A DNA stretch of 52,124 nucleotides from a bacterium. Lineage in GTDB: Bacteria; Bacillota_I; Bacilli_A; Acholeplasmatales; JAEDCM01. The position numbers and the translations under genes are program-made. The stretch lies in the NCBI GenBank assembly GCA_024694145.1, contig JAILKD010000048.1:1-52124 (forward strand), written 5' to 3'. Every line of letters begins with the position of its first letter. Within the stretch, counting starts at the first letter, position 1. This document shows positions 38,042 through 49,586 of the stretch, in pieces. The notes under the pieces were generated by a model. It made no database searches. It was not told the DNA's origin and saw nothing but the letters and a program-made list of their open reading frames with translations.

Positions 38042-39592
38042 ATGAGTATTCTAGAAGTAAAGGATCTTAAATTTAAATATACAGATAATAATCTATTTAA
38101 TTCAGTTAATTTTAAATTAGAAAAAAATGACCATATTGGGCTTGTCGGATTAAATGGAGTAGGTAAATCAACTTTTTTAAATTTAATTAGTAAAAACTTA
38201 ATACCTGATTCGGGCTCTATTGTATGGGAAAAGAATATAGTAGTTGGGTACTTAGACCAACAAGCAAAGCTTGATAAGAGTCAAACAATTCTAACATATT
38301 TATATGATGTATTTAGTGATTTATTTAAAAAAGAAGAAAAGATGGAAGAGTTATATGAATCACTTGCTACTGCAAAAGAATCTGAATATGACAGAATCTT
38401 GAATATGGCAGGTAAAATAGGCGAAGAGCTTGAAGAAAGTGGATTTTATTCATTTAAGTCTAAAGTTGGTAATATTATAAATGGTCTTGGAATAGATGAT
38501 TCAAGACTTGATGATCCACTTACTAATTTTAGTGGTGGTCAACGTGCCAAAATAATACTTGGAAAACTACTTTTAGAAGAACCAGATGTTTTAATTATGG
38601 ACGAACCTACTAACTATCTAGATGTTAGTCATGTTGAATGGCTTACAAAGTTCTTAAAGGGCTATCCTAAGGCATTTATTGTTGTTAGCCATGATCTAAG
38701 CTTTATAAATGATATAAGCATTAATATATGTGCTTTAGAGAATAAAGATATTATTAGATATAAGGGTAATTATGAATATTATGTTAAAGAACGTGATATT
38801 AGGAATCAAACATATGAAAAGACTTATTTAAACCAACAAAAACAAATAAAGAAAACAGAAGAATTTATTAATAAAAATATAGTTAGAGCATCTACAACAA
38901 AGCGTGCGCAATCTAGGCGTAAGATGCTTAGTAAAATGGAAATACTTGCACCTATTACAACTAATAAAAAAATATATCTTAAATTTCCATTTTCAAGACA
39001 TATTTCTGATACACCAATAGAAGTAATAGATTTAGTTGTTGGCTACGATAAACCTATTTTAAATAAAATAAATTTCAATTTAAAAAGAGATGAAACATTT
39101 GTTTTAGTAGGTAAAAATGGAATAGGTAAAACTACAATTATTAAAACCATTTTAGGAGAAATTCCTGCACTAAGTGGAGAGGTGAAAATATCTTCAAATG
39201 TGGATTTTTTGTATTTTTCACAAGACTCAGAATATGATGGCAATTTAACTCCTTTTCAAATAATAAAAGAAGATTTTTATGACCTAGAAAATAAAGATGT
39301 TAGAGCTATACTTGCCAAAGTAGGTATAACAGGAGATATGGTTAATAAAAAAATGATGGAGTTGTCTGGTGGTGAACAAACAAAAGTAAGACTTGCTAGA
39401 CTTACAATGTTTAAATCAAATTTATTAATACTTGATGAACCATCTAATAACCTTGATAAAGATGCAAAAGCAGCTTTATGTGATGCTATAAATAATTATG
39501 AAGGTGTAGTATTACTAGTTAGCCATGAGAAAGATTTCTTAAATGGTTTTAGCCATAGAGTAATAGATGTAGAAAATTTAATTAATAAATAA
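38042..39592 (+). CDS. ABC-F family ATPase
   Basis: Two NBDs (GLNGVGKS, GKNGIGKT), DEPTNYLD, no TM segments. Confidence 0.92.
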   Translation: MSILEVKDLKFKYTDNNLFNSVNFKLEKNDHIGLVGLNGVGKSTFLNLISKNLIPDSGSIVWEKNIVVGYLDQQAKLDKSQTILTYLYDVFSDLFKKEEKMEELYESLATAKESEYDRILNMAGKIGEELEESGFYSFKSKVGNIINGLGIDDSRLDDPLTNFSGGQRAKIILGKLLLEEPDVLIMDEPTNYLDVSHVEWLTKFLKGYPKAFIVVSHDLSFINDISINICALENKDIIRYKGNYEYYVKERDIRNQTYEKTYLNQQKQIKKTEEFINKNIVRASTTKRAQSRRKMLSKMEILAPITTNKKIYLKFPFSRHISDTPIEVIDLVVGYDKPILNKINFNLKRDETFVLVGKNGIGKTTIIKTILGEIPALSGEVKISSNVDFLYFSQDSEYDGNLTPFQIIKEDFYDLENKDVRAILAKVGITGDMVNKKMMELSGGEQTKVRLARLTMFKSNLLILDEPSNNLDKDAKAALCDAINNYEGVVLLVSHEKDFLNGFSHRVIDVENLINK

Positions 39593-39668
39593 TAATATAT
39601 TATTTTGTTGACAAAAACTTATTAATAATGTAAGATATTATTAGCCCATTATAAAGGTGGTTTTTTAA

Positions 39669-39818
39669 TTGAGGGAAAAAATTATTTTAATTTGTAGTGA
39701 ATGTTTGAGTAGAAATTATACTTCTACAAAGAATAAATTAGAGAATAAACAAAGATTAGAAATAATGAAGTTTTGTCCTAAATGTAATAAACATACACTA
39801 CATAAGGAATCTAAATAA
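39669..39818 (+). CDS. rpmG: 50S ribosomal protein L33 (Zn-ribbon form); not in the ORF track
   Basis: TTG start; [49 protein letters not shown]; precedes secE. Confidence 0.95.
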   Translation: MREKIILICSECLSRNYTSTKNKLENKQRLEIMKFCPKCNKHTLHKESK

Positions 39819-39830
39819 GGAGGTATCATT

Positions 39831-40247
39831 ATGGCAATTAAGGATACTTTAGACAAACCAAAACGAAATAAGCTTCTTGAAGTATTAACTCAAGATTACA
39901 AAGCTGAAAATATTTTCCTTGCTTTAATAGCAGTTATTGCTATGGCATTTGGTATTATGATTTTATCTAACAAATTAAATATCAAAGATAGTTATCCACT
40001 ACTTGGTGCTTATCCAAAGGTATTCGCAGTAATATTATTAGTTATTGCTTTACTAGGATTACTTGTAGTACTATGGCCATTCTTTGAACCATCATTTGGA
40101 GAAGTTAGAAAAATAACTTGGGCAAGGCCAAGAGAATTATATGAAGACTTATTTAGAGTAATTGTATTTATGATTTTCTTCATATTTATACTTTTATTCT
40201 TTGATATAATTTGTAGAGCTCTATATAACAAAATCTACACGAGGTGA
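39831..40247 (+). CDS. secE: Preprotein translocase SecE (three-TM form)
   Basis: EVRKITW motif before the last TM; between rpmG and nusG. Confidence 0.88.
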   Translation: MAIKDTLDKPKRNKLLEVLTQDYKAENIFLALIAVIAMAFGIMILSNKLNIKDSYPLLGAYPKVFAVILLVIALLGLLVVLWPFFEPSFGEVRKITWARPRELYEDLFRVIVFMIFFIFILLFFDIICRALYNKIYTR

Positions 40248-40252
40248 TAATG

Positions 40253-40798
40253 ATGGAAAAGCAAGAAAAAAGATGGTATATAATTCAAACTTATTCTGGA
40301 TTTGAAGATTCAGTTGAAAGAGACTTAAAGAAACGTATTGAAACAATGGAAATGCAAGATTACATTTTCAATGTATTAATTCCAACAGAAACTATTGTTG
40401 AAACTAAGGCTGATGGGTCTAAAAAAGAAAAAGTTAAAAAGATGTTCCCTGGATATATCTTTGTTGAGATGATTGTTACTGATGAATCATGGTTCATCGT
40501 AAGAAATACACCAAAAGTTACAGGATTCTTAGGATCAAGCGGTGGAGGGACTAAACCAGTACCACTACCACCAGAAGAAGTAGCTAATGTATTTAAAAAG
40601 GCTGGTATCGTTCCACAAATTAATATCGACTTTGAAGTTGGAGATATGGTTGAAATTGTTAGTGGTTCAATGGCTGGTAAAATTGTTGAAGTTACTGATA
40701 TTGATTTAGTAGAAACTAAAGCAACAGTACTAGTAGAAATGTTTGGTCGTCAAATGGACTTCCAAGTAGATTTATCAAGTTTAAAAAAGGCACAATAA
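40253..40798 (+). CDS. nusG: Transcription factor NusG
   Basis: WYIIQTYSGFE, FPGYIFVEM, RNTPKVTGF, KOW domain; start could be 40250. Confidence 0.96.
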   Translation: MEKQEKRWYIIQTYSGFEDSVERDLKKRIETMEMQDYIFNVLIPTETIVETKADGSKKEKVKKMFPGYIFVEMIVTDESWFIVRNTPKVTGFLGSSGGGTKPVPLPPEEVANVFKKAGIVPQINIDFEVGDMVEIVSGSMAGKIVEVTDIDLVETKATVLVEMFGRQMDFQVDLSSLKKAQ

Positions 40799-40808
40799 TT
40801 TGTGCCTT

Positions 40809-41612
40809 TTATTTATTAAATATAAACTTGTTTAATGCGTAAGCTACGCCATTTTCATAGTTTGGAACAGTTACAAATTTAGCAACCTTTTTTAAGCTAT
40901 CTACTGCATTACCCATGGCTATGCCAAGCCCTGCATTTTTAACCATTAAATAGTCATTATGTGCATCGCCAAAAGTCATTATCTCATCATTTTTAATTCC
41001 CAAGTGATTTGCTAGTGCTTCTATAGCATACCATTTATCTGCTTTTGGATTTAGAAATTCTAAGAAGAATGGTGCACTTTGTACTATATTAAATCTTTCA
41101 TATGCATCTTTTGGAAGATTCTTAATTACATTAGATAAGTAATCAGGTTCATCTATATACATTAGTTTTATTATTTCATGATCATCTTCAAAATCATTAT
41201 AGTTAACTAGATTTAAGTCAATATGATTTAATGTGATTTCAAGTTCTGTATATTTACTCATTTTTTCAGAGAAGCATCCTTTTTTATCAAAACCATGCAT
41301 ATTAACATTTAATTTTTTTGATAAATCTACTAAATAATGAAGATCTTTTCCATTTAACTTTTTATTATAAATCATTTCTTTTGAATCAATTCTATTTACT
41401 TCAGCACCATTAAAGCATACTGCATATTCATTATCTGGTAGTTCAAGTTCATCAATAAATCTTTTAATACCAAATAGTGGTCTACCAGTAGCAAGAACTA
41501 CATGTATACCCATCTTTTGTGCTTTTTGTAAAGCCTCTTTATCAGCTTTAGAAATAGTTTTATCTGGTTGAAGTAATGTTTCATCCATATCAAGTGCGAT
41601 TAACTTATACAT
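40809..41612 (-). CDS. Cof-type HAD-IIB hydrolase
   Basis: LDMDETLL, ATGR, FGDAHND..M. Confidence 0.9.
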   Translation of the reverse strand: MYKLIALDMDETLLQPDKTISKADKEALQKAQKMGIHVVLATGRPLFGIKRFIDELELPDNEYAVCFNGAEVNRIDSKEMIYNKKLNGKDLHYLVDLSKKLNVNMHGFDKKGCFSEKMSKYTELEITLNHIDLNLVNYNDFEDDHEIIKLMYIDEPDYLSNVIKNLPKDAYERFNIVQSAPFFLEFLNPKADKWYAIEALANHLGIKNDEIMTFGDAHNDYLMVKNAGLGIAMGNAVDSLKKVAKFVTVPNYENGVAYALNKFIFNK

Positions 41613-41705
41613 TTTTATCACCGAATAATATTATACATTATTATTTTTAATATGCAATTTATTTTTTTATTATTTTTAATATAATTAATACTAGGGGGTG
41701 TAAGT

Positions 41706-42308
41706 ATGAGAATATTATGTTTTGGAGATTCAAATACTTGGGGTTATACTCCGATTGAGGGAAGTAGAAATCCTAATAGATGGACTAGAATATTAAAAGA
41801 TTTATTAATAGATAGTGAAATAATAGAAGAAGGACTAAATGCTAGAACATTAGATTCAACAGAAGACATTGAACCTCATAAAAATGGCTTCAATTACCTA
41901 CTTCCTTGCCTTGAGAGCCATTATGAATTTGATTATTTAGTCTTAATGCTTGGCACAAATGATTTAAAAACACATTTTAATAACACTCCTAAAGATATGC
42001 TTGAAATGTTAAAAAAATATATTAAAACAGTTAAGAATTTTTGGACTAACAAAGATGGGTCTAAAGTAAAACTAATTATATGTGGTATACCACCGGTAGA
42101 TGATACTAAAAAAGTATTTGAAAATTATGAAGGTACTACAAAAAAGAGAAATGAATTTAATATGCTTGAATATAAATATTGTGTTGAAAGAAGTATAACA
42201 TTTATAGATAATTCGGATTTAGAAATAGGGGAAGATGGTATTCATTTAACTGATAATGGCCATTTAAGATTGGCTATGAAATTAGCTGGTATTCTAAAGG
42301 GGGAATAG
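41706..42308 (+). CDS. SGNH/GDSL hydrolase (arylesterase-like)
   Basis: FGDSNTWG, EEGLNAR, MLGTND, DGIH. Confidence 0.9.
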   Translation: MRILCFGDSNTWGYTPIEGSRNPNRWTRILKDLLIDSEIIEEGLNARTLDSTEDIEPHKNGFNYLLPCLESHYEFDYLVLMLGTNDLKTHFNNTPKDMLEMLKKYIKTVKNFWTNKDGSKVKLIICGIPPVDDTKKVFENYEGTTKKRNEFNMLEYKYCVERSITFIDNSDLEIGEDGIHLTDNGHLRLAMKLAGILKGE

Positions 42309-42310
42309 TT

Positions 42311-42811
42311 ATGAATGATTTTATAGATGTAAAGCTTGGCTTTATGAGTTATATACATAATATCGCAGATTTAACTTATAGATACATTAATAATGGGGCA
42401 TTAAAAAAAACATTATTATTTCCATTATTTTTAATCCTATTACTTTGTGAAATAGCAATTTTTCCAATTGCTTTAATTGGGGCAGTAATTAAATGGGGTG
42501 TATATTTCTTGGTTTCTGTAAGTGATGATAGAGCTCCAATGCTTTATACATTAATTGTATTATTTGCGGAATTCTTTATTTTGTATTATGTTGTATTTGC
42601 GATTTTGATAACATTTTATAAACTATTTGATTTGGTGTCTAATGGCTTAGGTAAGGCAAATTATGAATTAAATGCAGATGTGTTTATTGCCCGACATGAA
42701 TATAAAGACAATAGCGAATCTAAATACAATAGTCCTTATCAAAATAATGAAAATAACACTAAGGATAATAGCAAAATATATGTTATTAATACAGATGATT
42801 TCAAAGAGTAA
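42311..42811 (+). CDS. Hypothetical membrane protein
   Basis: Two long hydrophobic segments; coupled to the upstream gene. Confidence 0.65.
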   Translation: MNDFIDVKLGFMSYIHNIADLTYRYINNGALKKTLLFPLFLILLLCEIAIFPIALIGAVIKWGVYFLVSVSDDRAPMLYTLIVLFAEFFILYYVVFAILITFYKLFDLVSNGLGKANYELNADVFIARHEYKDNSESKYNSPYQNNENNTKDNSKIYVINTDDFKE

Positions 42812-42904
42812 TATTATATAAATAATAAAAAAAGAAAAAAAGTTTGCAAAAAGTGTTGCATTCTTTTTTTTATAATGATATACTATAAAAGCACGTGTGT
42901 GTGA

Positions 42905-42936
42905 TGTGGCAGGGGTATCTCGCCCGATTGACCACA
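42905..42936 (+). promoter_or_regulatory. L1-binding autoregulatory leader of rplK-rplA
   Basis: TGTGG-CAG-GGG..CCC-GATTGA-CCACA resembles the Firmicute GUGGGAGGG..CCC..ACCAC leader. Confidence 0.6.
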
Positions 42937-42960
42937 AACTGATAAATAAGGAGGAATACT

Positions 42961-43386
42961 ATGGCTAAGGAAATTGTAAGAAAAATTAAGTTACAAGTAG
43001 CTGCTGGTAAAGCAAATCCAGCTCCACCTATCGGTCCAGCATTAGGACAAGCACAAGTAAATATACCTGCGTTCTGTTCACAATTTAATGATGCTACTAG
43101 AGATAAGATGGGTTACATCTGTCCAGTAATTATTACTGTATATGATGACCGTTCATTTACTTTCGTTGTTAAGACACCACCAGCAAGTGATCTATTAAAG
43201 AAAGCTGCTAACATTCAAAAAGGTTCTGACAACAGTATTAAGAACAAAGTTGCTAAGGTAACTAAAGCAAAGATTAAAGAAATCGCTGAAATGAAAATGC
43301 CTGACTTAAATGCCAATGATATTGAAGCAGCAATGAAGATCATTGAAGGTACTGCTAGAAATATGGGTATTGAAGTTGTAGACTAA
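42961..43386 (+). CDS. rplK: 50S ribosomal protein L11
   Basis: [28 protein letters not shown]. Confidence 0.98.
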   Translation: MAKEIVRKIKLQVAAGKANPAPPIGPALGQAQVNIPAFCSQFNDATRDKMGYICPVIITVYDDRSFTFVVKTPPASDLLKKAANIQKGSDNSIKNKVAKVTKAKIKEIAEMKMPDLNANDIEAAMKIIEGTARNMGIEVVD

Positions 43387-43416
43387 AAAGCTTTACGAAA
43401 TTAATAGGAGGATAAT

Positions 43417-44103
43417 ATGAAAAGAGGAAAGAAGTACATTGAAGCTGCAAAGCTTGTAGATAGTACTAAAAAGTATCCTGCAACTGAAGCTTGCGAATTA
43501 GCTAAGAAAACTAACTGCGCTAAATTCGATGCTACTGTTGAAGCTGCATTCCATTTAAATATTGACCCACGTAAGGCTGAACAAAATCTACGTGGCGCAA
43601 TCGTTTTACCATATGGAACAGGAAAAACTAAAAGAGTACTAGTAATTGCAAAAGCTGCCAAGGCTGATGAAGCATTAAAAGCTGGTGCAGATTATGCAGG
43701 TGATGCTGAATATATCGAAAAGATTAAAGGCGGATGGTTCGAATTCGATACTATCATCGCTACTCCAGATATGATGGCTGAACTTGGTAAATTAGGTAGA
43801 GTATTAGGACCTAAAGGTTTAATGCCAAACCCTAAAACAGGAACAGTAACTATGAATGTTGCTGATGCTGTTAGAGATGCAAAAGGTGGTAAGGTTGAAT
43901 ACCGTACTGATAAAGTTGGTAACATCTTAGTACCAATTGGAAAAGCATCATTTGATGCAGACAAATTATTTGGTAACTTAAAGGCTATCAAAGATCAATT
44001 AGATAGAATTAAACCATCAACAGTAAAAGGTACTTACATGAAGAACATCGTAGTAACAACTACTATGGGTCCTGGTATCAAAGTTGATGAAGCTACATTC
44101 TAA
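43417..44103 (+). CDS. rplA: 50S ribosomal protein L1
   Basis: [27 protein letters not shown]. Confidence 0.98.
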   Translation: MKRGKKYIEAAKLVDSTKKYPATEACELAKKTNCAKFDATVEAAFHLNIDPRKAEQNLRGAIVLPYGTGKTKRVLVIAKAAKADEALKAGADYAGDAEYIEKIKGGWFEFDTIIATPDMMAELGKLGRVLGPKGLMPNPKTGTVTMNVADAVRDAKGGKVEYRTDKVGNILVPIGKASFDADKLFGNLKAIKDQLDRIKPSTVKGTYMKNIVVTTTMGPGIKVDEATF

Positions 44104-44112
44104 TTAACTTAA

Positions 44113-44215
44113 TCACCGTAGAATCAGGTGCTTAGTAATAAGCTTAATTTCCTGCCGAGGTATATAAAAGATTATTATAACTCTTTTCTCGTGCAGGAAA
44201 GAGTTATATTTTTTA
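44113..44215 (+). promoter_or_regulatory. L10 leader (rplJL autoregulatory RNA)
   Basis: ACCGTAGA..CAGG..GCTTAA..TCCTGCCGAGG followed by a hairpin and T tract before rplJ. Confidence 0.85.
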
Positions 44216-44233
44216 GAAAAAGGAGGTAATCTT

Positions 44234-44728
44234 ATGGAAAAAGAAGTTTTAACTCAAAAGAAAGCCGATGTTGAAGCATTAACAAAGAGAATGAAAGAAG
44301 CAAAGACTATCGTTGCTTTTGATTATATTGGATTAACTGTTGAACAATTCACTACTTTAAGAAGACAACTTAGAGATGCTGGTTGTGAAGTACAAGTTAT
44401 CAAAAACAACATTTCTCGTAGAGCTTCAGAAGGAGCTGGATATGCTGATTTAGCTCAATATTTCAAAGGGCCTAAAGCAGTAGCATTCTCTAACAATGAT
44501 GTTGTTGCTCCTGCTAAAATCATTTATGAATTTAGTAAGCAAAATGAAGTTGTTAAAATCCATGCTGGAGTTGTTGAAGGAAAAGTTGAAAATGAAAAAG
44601 GAATCATTGGTTTAGCAACATTACCATCAAGAGAAACATTATTAACAATGTTAGCTATGGGTATGTTACAACCATTAAAGGATTTAGCTGTTGGCTTAAA
44701 TATGTTAACAGAAAAAGAAGCAAATTAA
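44234..44728 (+). CDS. rplJ: 50S ribosomal protein L10
   Basis: DYIGLTV..LR, VIKN, LATLPSRE. Confidence 0.97.
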   Translation: MEKEVLTQKKADVEALTKRMKEAKTIVAFDYIGLTVEQFTTLRRQLRDAGCEVQVIKNNISRRASEGAGYADLAQYFKGPKAVAFSNNDVVAPAKIIYEFSKQNEVVKIHAGVVEGKVENEKGIIGLATLPSRETLLTMLAMGMLQPLKDLAVGLNMLTEKEAN

Positions 44729-44762
44729 TCGAAAAAATAATATATATTAGGAGGAAAATAAA

Positions 44763-45140
44763 ATGGCAAAGATTAATAAAGAAGAATTTATCGCTGGTTT
44801 AAAAGAAATGACTATCCTTGAAATTAAGGAATTAGTAGATGCAATGAAAGAAGAATTTGGTATCGATCCAACTGCTGTAGCTGTTGCTGCACCAGGAGCT
44901 GGAGCAGGTGCTGCAGCTGCTGCTGAACCAACTGAAGTATCAGTTATCCTAGAAAACGCTGGAGCTCAAAAGATCGCAGTTATCAAAGTTGTTAGAGAAA
45001 TCACTGGTCTTGGATTAAAAGAAGCTAAAGACTTAGTAGATGCTGCTCCAAAAGCAATCAAAGAAAACATTAAACCAGAAGAAGCAAAAGAAATTGCTGC
45101 TAAATTAACTGAAGCTGGAGCTACAGTTAGCACAAAATAA
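44763..45140 (+). CDS. rplL: 50S ribosomal protein L7/L12
   Basis: Ala-rich hinge, [23 protein letters not shown]. Confidence 0.98.
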   Translation: MAKINKEEFIAGLKEMTILEIKELVDAMKEEFGIDPTAVAVAAPGAGAGAAAAAEPTEVSVILENAGAQKIAVIKVVREITGLGLKEAKDLVDAAPKAIKENIKPEEAKEIAAKLTEAGATVSTK

Positions 45141-45156
45141 TTAAGATTTAAGAATT

Positions 45157-45199
45157 AAAAAACCTGAGTTTTAATGCTCAGGTTTTTAAACTTTTTTTT
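45157..45199 (+). terminator. Intrinsic terminator after rplL
   Basis: AAAAACCTGAG-loop-CTCAGGTTTTT. Confidence 0.8.
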
Positions 45200-45212
45200 A
45201 GGGGGTGATAAA

Positions 45213-45806
45213 ATGAGTCATTATTTTACTGATAATTCTAACATTAAAAGTGAAGAATTTGAGTTTTCATGTATGGTTTTTGATAAGAAATATACATTTT
45301 TTTCTGATAATGGAGTTTTCTCAAAAACAGGCTTAGATTTTGGATCGTTACTACTTATTGAAGAGTTTAAAAACCCAGATATAGAGGGATTATTATTGGA
45401 TTTAGGTTGTGGTGTTGGGGTAATAGGAATTACTCTAGCAAAAGAATATAACAGGAAAATAATATTTACAGACATTAACCCTAGAGCTATTTTTTTAACA
45501 AAGAAAAATGCCGATAATTATGGCATTAATTATGAAGCAATTTTAAGCGATTCTATGCAAAATATTAAAGAAGAATTTGCATGTATTTTGACAAATCCAC
45601 CAATTAGAGCAGGGAAAAAAGTCATCTATAATTTCTTTACTGATGCGTATAATAACCTAAAAATTAATGGTGAATTATGGTTTGTTATGAGAAGAAATCA
45701 TGGTGTAGAATCAGCAATAAAGAAAATTGATGAACTATTTAAGAATCATGAAGTTGTTAAAAGAAAGAATGGTTTTTGGATAGTAAAAGCAATAAAATTA
45801 AATTAA
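45213..45806 (+). CDS. Class I SAM methyltransferase (RsmC/YbxB-like)
   Basis: MSHYF, GVFSK..LDFGS, LDLGCGVG, TNPPIRAGK; conserved position before rpoB. Confidence 0.9.
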   Translation: MSHYFTDNSNIKSEEFEFSCMVFDKKYTFFSDNGVFSKTGLDFGSLLLIEEFKNPDIEGLLLDLGCGVGVIGITLAKEYNRKIIFTDINPRAIFLTKKNADNYGINYEAILSDSMQNIKEEFACILTNPPIRAGKKVIYNFFTDAYNNLKINGELWFVMRRNHGVESAIKKIDELFKNHEVVKRKNGFWIVKAIKLN

Positions 45807-45820
45807 TTTTATAAAACGTA

Positions 45821-45849
45821 TTGACTAATTGACTATCTTATAGTATAAT
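45821..45849 (+). promoter_or_regulatory. rpoBC promoter
   Basis: TTGACT-17bp-TATAAT. Confidence 0.8.
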
Positions 45850-45929
45850 CGTATATTGCTTAATAGCGCATTTTTGTGCTGTAATTATTTATAAATAATT
45901 AAGAATTTTTTATAGAAGGAGTGGCTTAA

Positions 45930-48900
45930 ATGAATTATAAAACTTCTAATTATGGTAAGAAAGCAAGCCGTAGAGATTATTCAAAAGTTCATATGCATGT
46001 TGAACTTCCTGATTTAATCGAAATTCAAACAAAATCATTTGAAGAATTTGTTGAATCTGGCTTAAGAGAAATCTTCGATGATTTATCTCCAATTGTTAGT
46101 AATAATGGTGAATTAAAACTTTCATTTGGTGATTATCATTTCCAAGAACCAAAGTTTAACATTGAGGAATCAAAAGCAAGAAAGATTAATTTCTCTAGAA
46201 CACTTGTATGTAATGTTTCCTTAGAAAATGTTCAAACTGGAGAAATCAAGGAAAAGCAAGACCTATTTATGGGTGAATATCCTTATATGACTCCAGTTGG
46301 TACATTTGTTGTTAATGGTGCTGAGCGTGTTGTAGTAAGTCAAATCGTTAGATCTGCTGGTATTTACTATACAACAGAAACTGATAAGAAGACTCAAACA
46401 CAAAAGATTATGGGTCAAGTAATCCCTAATCGTGGTGCATGGATTGAATATGAAACAGGATCTAAAGACATCGTTTATTCTAAATTAGATCGTTCTAAGA
46501 AAATCCCACTTACAACATTCTTACGTGCTTTAGGTTTATCAACAAATGAATCAATCATTGATTTATTCGGAGATTCAAAATACTTAGAAGCAACACTAGA
46601 AAAAGACGAAACTAAAAATAGCGAAGAAGCCGCAATTGAAATATATGCTAAATTACGTTCAGGCGAAAAAGGTACAGTTGATGGTTCAAGAGAATTAATC
46701 AAATCTCGTCTTTTCGATGATAAACGTTATGATTTAGCAAGTGTAGGTCGTTTTAAATACAATAAAAAGCTTGATGTATTCCAAAGAGCTAAGGGCCTAT
46801 ACGTAGCAAAAGATATTAAACTAAAATGTGGTGAAGTTGTTAATAACGAAACTGGTGAAGTTAGAGAAGCTATTAACACAGTTATTAAAACAGATACTAA
46901 AATCACTGGTGATGTTTTAGCTACATTAATCAAATATCGTGATTTATTAAGAGAAGAAGTTAAACTAGATGCAGGCTTAAGTGATTACCCTGTTTATGTT
47001 GAAGTATTATACGTTAAACAAGCAATGGGTAAAGATACTAAGCTTATCAAGTTATTAGGTAACTGCAAAGAAAATGAAGAAGATATGTTACACATAACTA
47101 TTTCTGATATTCTTTCAACTGCAAATTACTACTTAACATTACTTGATGGTGTAGGTACAATTGATGTAATTGACCATTTAGGTAACAGACGTTTAAGATT
47201 AATTGGTGAATTATTAAAGAACCAATTTAGAATGGGATTTGTAAAACTTGAAAAGAATATCAAGGATAGAATGTCAACATTAGATCCTAAAGATGCTGAT
47301 CCAAAGAGCTTAATTAACATTAAACCTTTAACATCAGAACTTAGAGAATTCTTTGGAAGTTCACAATTATCACAATTCATGGATCAAATTAACCCACTAG
47401 CTGAAATAACTCAAAAGCGTAGAATTTCAGCATTAGGTACTGGTGGTATCGCTCGTGATAGAGCCGGTGTCGAGGTGCGTGATGTCCATACTTCTCACTA
47501 TGGTAGAATGTGTCCAATTGAAACACCAGAAGGTCCTTCAATCGGTTTAATTACATCTCTATCTACTTATGCAACTGCAAACAAATATGGATTCATTGAA
47601 ACTCCATATCTAAAAGTTGTAAATGAAATTATGCCTGATGGTACAGTTAAGAAAAAAGTTACAGATATTAAAGAATATCTATCAGCTGATGTTGAAGAAG
47701 ATCACGTTATAGCTGCTGCTTCAACATTAATTGATAAAGACGGATATATCGTTGAAAAAGATGAAAACGGAAAAGATATTAAAGTAATCGCTAGAGTTAA
47801 TGGTGAAACTGAATTCGTTGATCCAAAAATTGTTGATTATATCGACGTTTCTCCTCAACAAGTTGTATCTGTTGCTGCTGCATGTATTCCTTTCCTTGAA
47901 CACGATGATGCGAGCCGTGCACTAATGGGTGCAAACATGCAACGTCAAGCAGTTCCACTAATTTCTACTGAAAGTCCAATTGTTGGTACTGGTATGGAAT
48001 ATAAAGCTGCAAAAGACTCAGGTATCGCTTTAAAGTGTAACAAAGGTGGTACTGTAACATATGCAGATAGCCGTATTGTTAAAATTATGAACAATGATGG
48101 AGTTGAAGATGTTTATGAACTAATTCAATTCTCACGTTCAAACCAAGATACATGTCTATTACAACGTCCTATTGTTAAAAAAGGCGATATTGTTGATGAT
48201 GGTGATGTAATTGCTGATGGTCCATCTACATCAAATGGTGAATTAGCATTAGGTAAGAATGTTACTATTGCCTTCATGACATGGAATGGTTATAACTATG
48301 AAGATGCCGTAATTATGAGCGAAAAGCTTGTAAAAGAAGACGTTTATACATCAATTCACATCGATGAATATGAAATTGAAGCTAGACAATCTAAATTAGG
48401 TCATGAAGTAATCACTAGAGAAATTCCTAACGTAGGTCAAGAAATGACTAAATACCTAGATGAACGTGGTGTTATCATTCCTGGTGCTGAAGTTAAAGAA
48501 GGAGATATTCTAGTTGGTAAAACTACTCCAAAAGGTCAAAGTGAACAAACTCCAGAAGAAAAACTATTATATGCTATCTTCGGTGAAAAAGTTAAAGAAG
48601 TTAGAGATACTTCACTTAGAGTTCCTCATGGTGGAGGAGGAGTTGTTCAAAGAGTTGATTGCTTTAGAAAAGATAAAGGCGATGACCTTGGACCTGGTGT
48701 AATCGAAGTTATTAGAGTTTACATCGTTAAGAAGAGAAAGATTAGAGTCGGAGATAAGATGGCTGGTCGTCATGGTAACAAGGGTGTTATTTCAAACATT
48801 TTACCAGTAGAAGATATGCCATTTACTAAAGAAGGTGTGCCTGTAGATATCATGCTTAACCCACAAGGTGTTCCGTCTCGTATGAATATCGGACAAGTAC

Positions 48901-49574
48901 TAGAAATCCACTTAGGTATGGCAGCAAAGAAACTTGGAATTAAAACAGCAACTCCAGTATTCGATGGTGCTACAATTGATGATATCAATAGAATAATGAA
49001 AGAAGCAAAAATGCATATTAACGAAATGAAGGAAAAAGGACTTGATCCAAATGATCCTGAACAAGTAGAAAAATATGTATGTGATGGTAAACAAATTCTT
49101 TATGATGGAAGAACTGGTGAACCATTCCAAAATAGAATTAGTGTTGGTGTAATGTATTTCGTTAAGTTAAGCCATATGGTTGATGACAAATTACATGCAC
49201 GTGCTGTAGGTCCATATACACTTGTTACACAACAACCTATGGGTGGTAAAGCTCAAAAGGGTGGACAACGTTTCGGTGAAATGGAAGTTTGGGCTCTAGA
49301 AGCTTATGGAGCAGCACACACATTACAAGAAATGATGACTGTTAAATCAGATGATATTATTGGACGTAACCAAGTATTTAAAGCAATTACTGAAGGTAAC
49401 CCAATTCCTGAAGGTAGCGTTCCAGAGTCATTTAGAGTATTAACAAGAGAATTACAAGCACTTGGTGTACACGTTGAATTAATCAACTCTATAACAGGTG
49501 AAAATGAAGCAAATAAGTCATTAGTTGACTTTGCTGATAGCGATGCTATCGAAAAATACGGTTTTGGAGAGTAG
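45930..49574 (+). CDS. rpoB: RNA polymerase beta subunit
   Basis: [41 protein letters not shown]. Confidence 0.99.
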   Translation: MNYKTSNYGKKASRRDYSKVHMHVELPDLIEIQTKSFEEFVESGLREIFDDLSPIVSNNGELKLSFGDYHFQEPKFNIEESKARKINFSRTLVCNVSLENVQTGEIKEKQDLFMGEYPYMTPVGTFVVNGAERVVVSQIVRSAGIYYTTETDKKTQTQKIMGQVIPNRGAWIEYETGSKDIVYSKLDRSKKIPLTTFLRALGLSTNESIIDLFGDSKYLEATLEKDETKNSEEAAIEIYAKLRSGEKGTVDGSRELIKSRLFDDKRYDLASVGRFKYNKKLDVFQRAKGLYVAKDIKLKCGEVVNNETGEVREAINTVIKTDTKITGDVLATLIKYRDLLREEVKLDAGLSDYPVYVEVLYVKQAMGKDTKLIKLLGNCKENEEDMLHITISDILSTANYYLTLLDGVGTIDVIDHLGNRRLRLIGELLKNQFRMGFVKLEKNIKDRMSTLDPKDADPKSLINIKPLTSELREFFGSSQLSQFMDQINPLAEITQKRRISALGTGGIARDRAGVEVRDVHTSHYGRMCPIETPEGPSIGLITSLSTYATANKYGFIETPYLKVVNEIMPDGTVKKKVTDIKEYLSADVEEDHVIAAASTLIDKDGYIVEKDENGKDIKVIARVNGETEFVDPKIVDYIDVSPQQVVSVAAACIPFLEHDDASRALMGANMQRQAVPLISTESPIVGTGMEYKAAKDSGIALKCNKGGTVTYADSRIVKIMNNDGVEDVYELIQFSRSNQDTCLLQRPIVKKGDIVDDGDVIADGPSTSNGELALGKNVTIAFMTWNGYNYEDAVIMSEKLVKEDVYTSIHIDEYEIEARQSKLGHEVITREIPNVGQEMTKYLDERGVIIPGAEVKEGDILVGKTTPKGQSEQTPEEKLLYAIFGEKVKEVRDTSLRVPHGGGGVVQRVDCFRKDKGDDLGPGVIEVIRVYIVKKRKIRVGDKMAGRHGNKGVISNILPVEDMPFTKEGVPVDIMLNPQGVPSRMNIGQVLEIHLGMAAKKLGIKTATPVFDGATIDDINRIMKEAKMHINEMKEKGLDPNDPEQVEKYVCDGKQILYDGRTGEPFQNRISVGVMYFVKLSHMVDDKLHARAVGPYTLVTQQPMGGKAQKGGQRFGEMEVWALEAYGAAHTLQEMMTVKSDDIIGRNQVFKAITEGNPIPEGSVPESFRVLTRELQALGVHVELINSITGENEANKSLVDFADSDAIEKYGFGE

Positions 49575-49586
49575 GAGGATTTAAAC

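Noticed and set aside
39669-39818. Arg codon reassignment of the kind reported for some Bacilli
   Set aside because: AGG (L33 R2, ABC-F AQSR) and CGA (RlmB AIMR) occur at conserved Arg positions; CGG was too rare to assess
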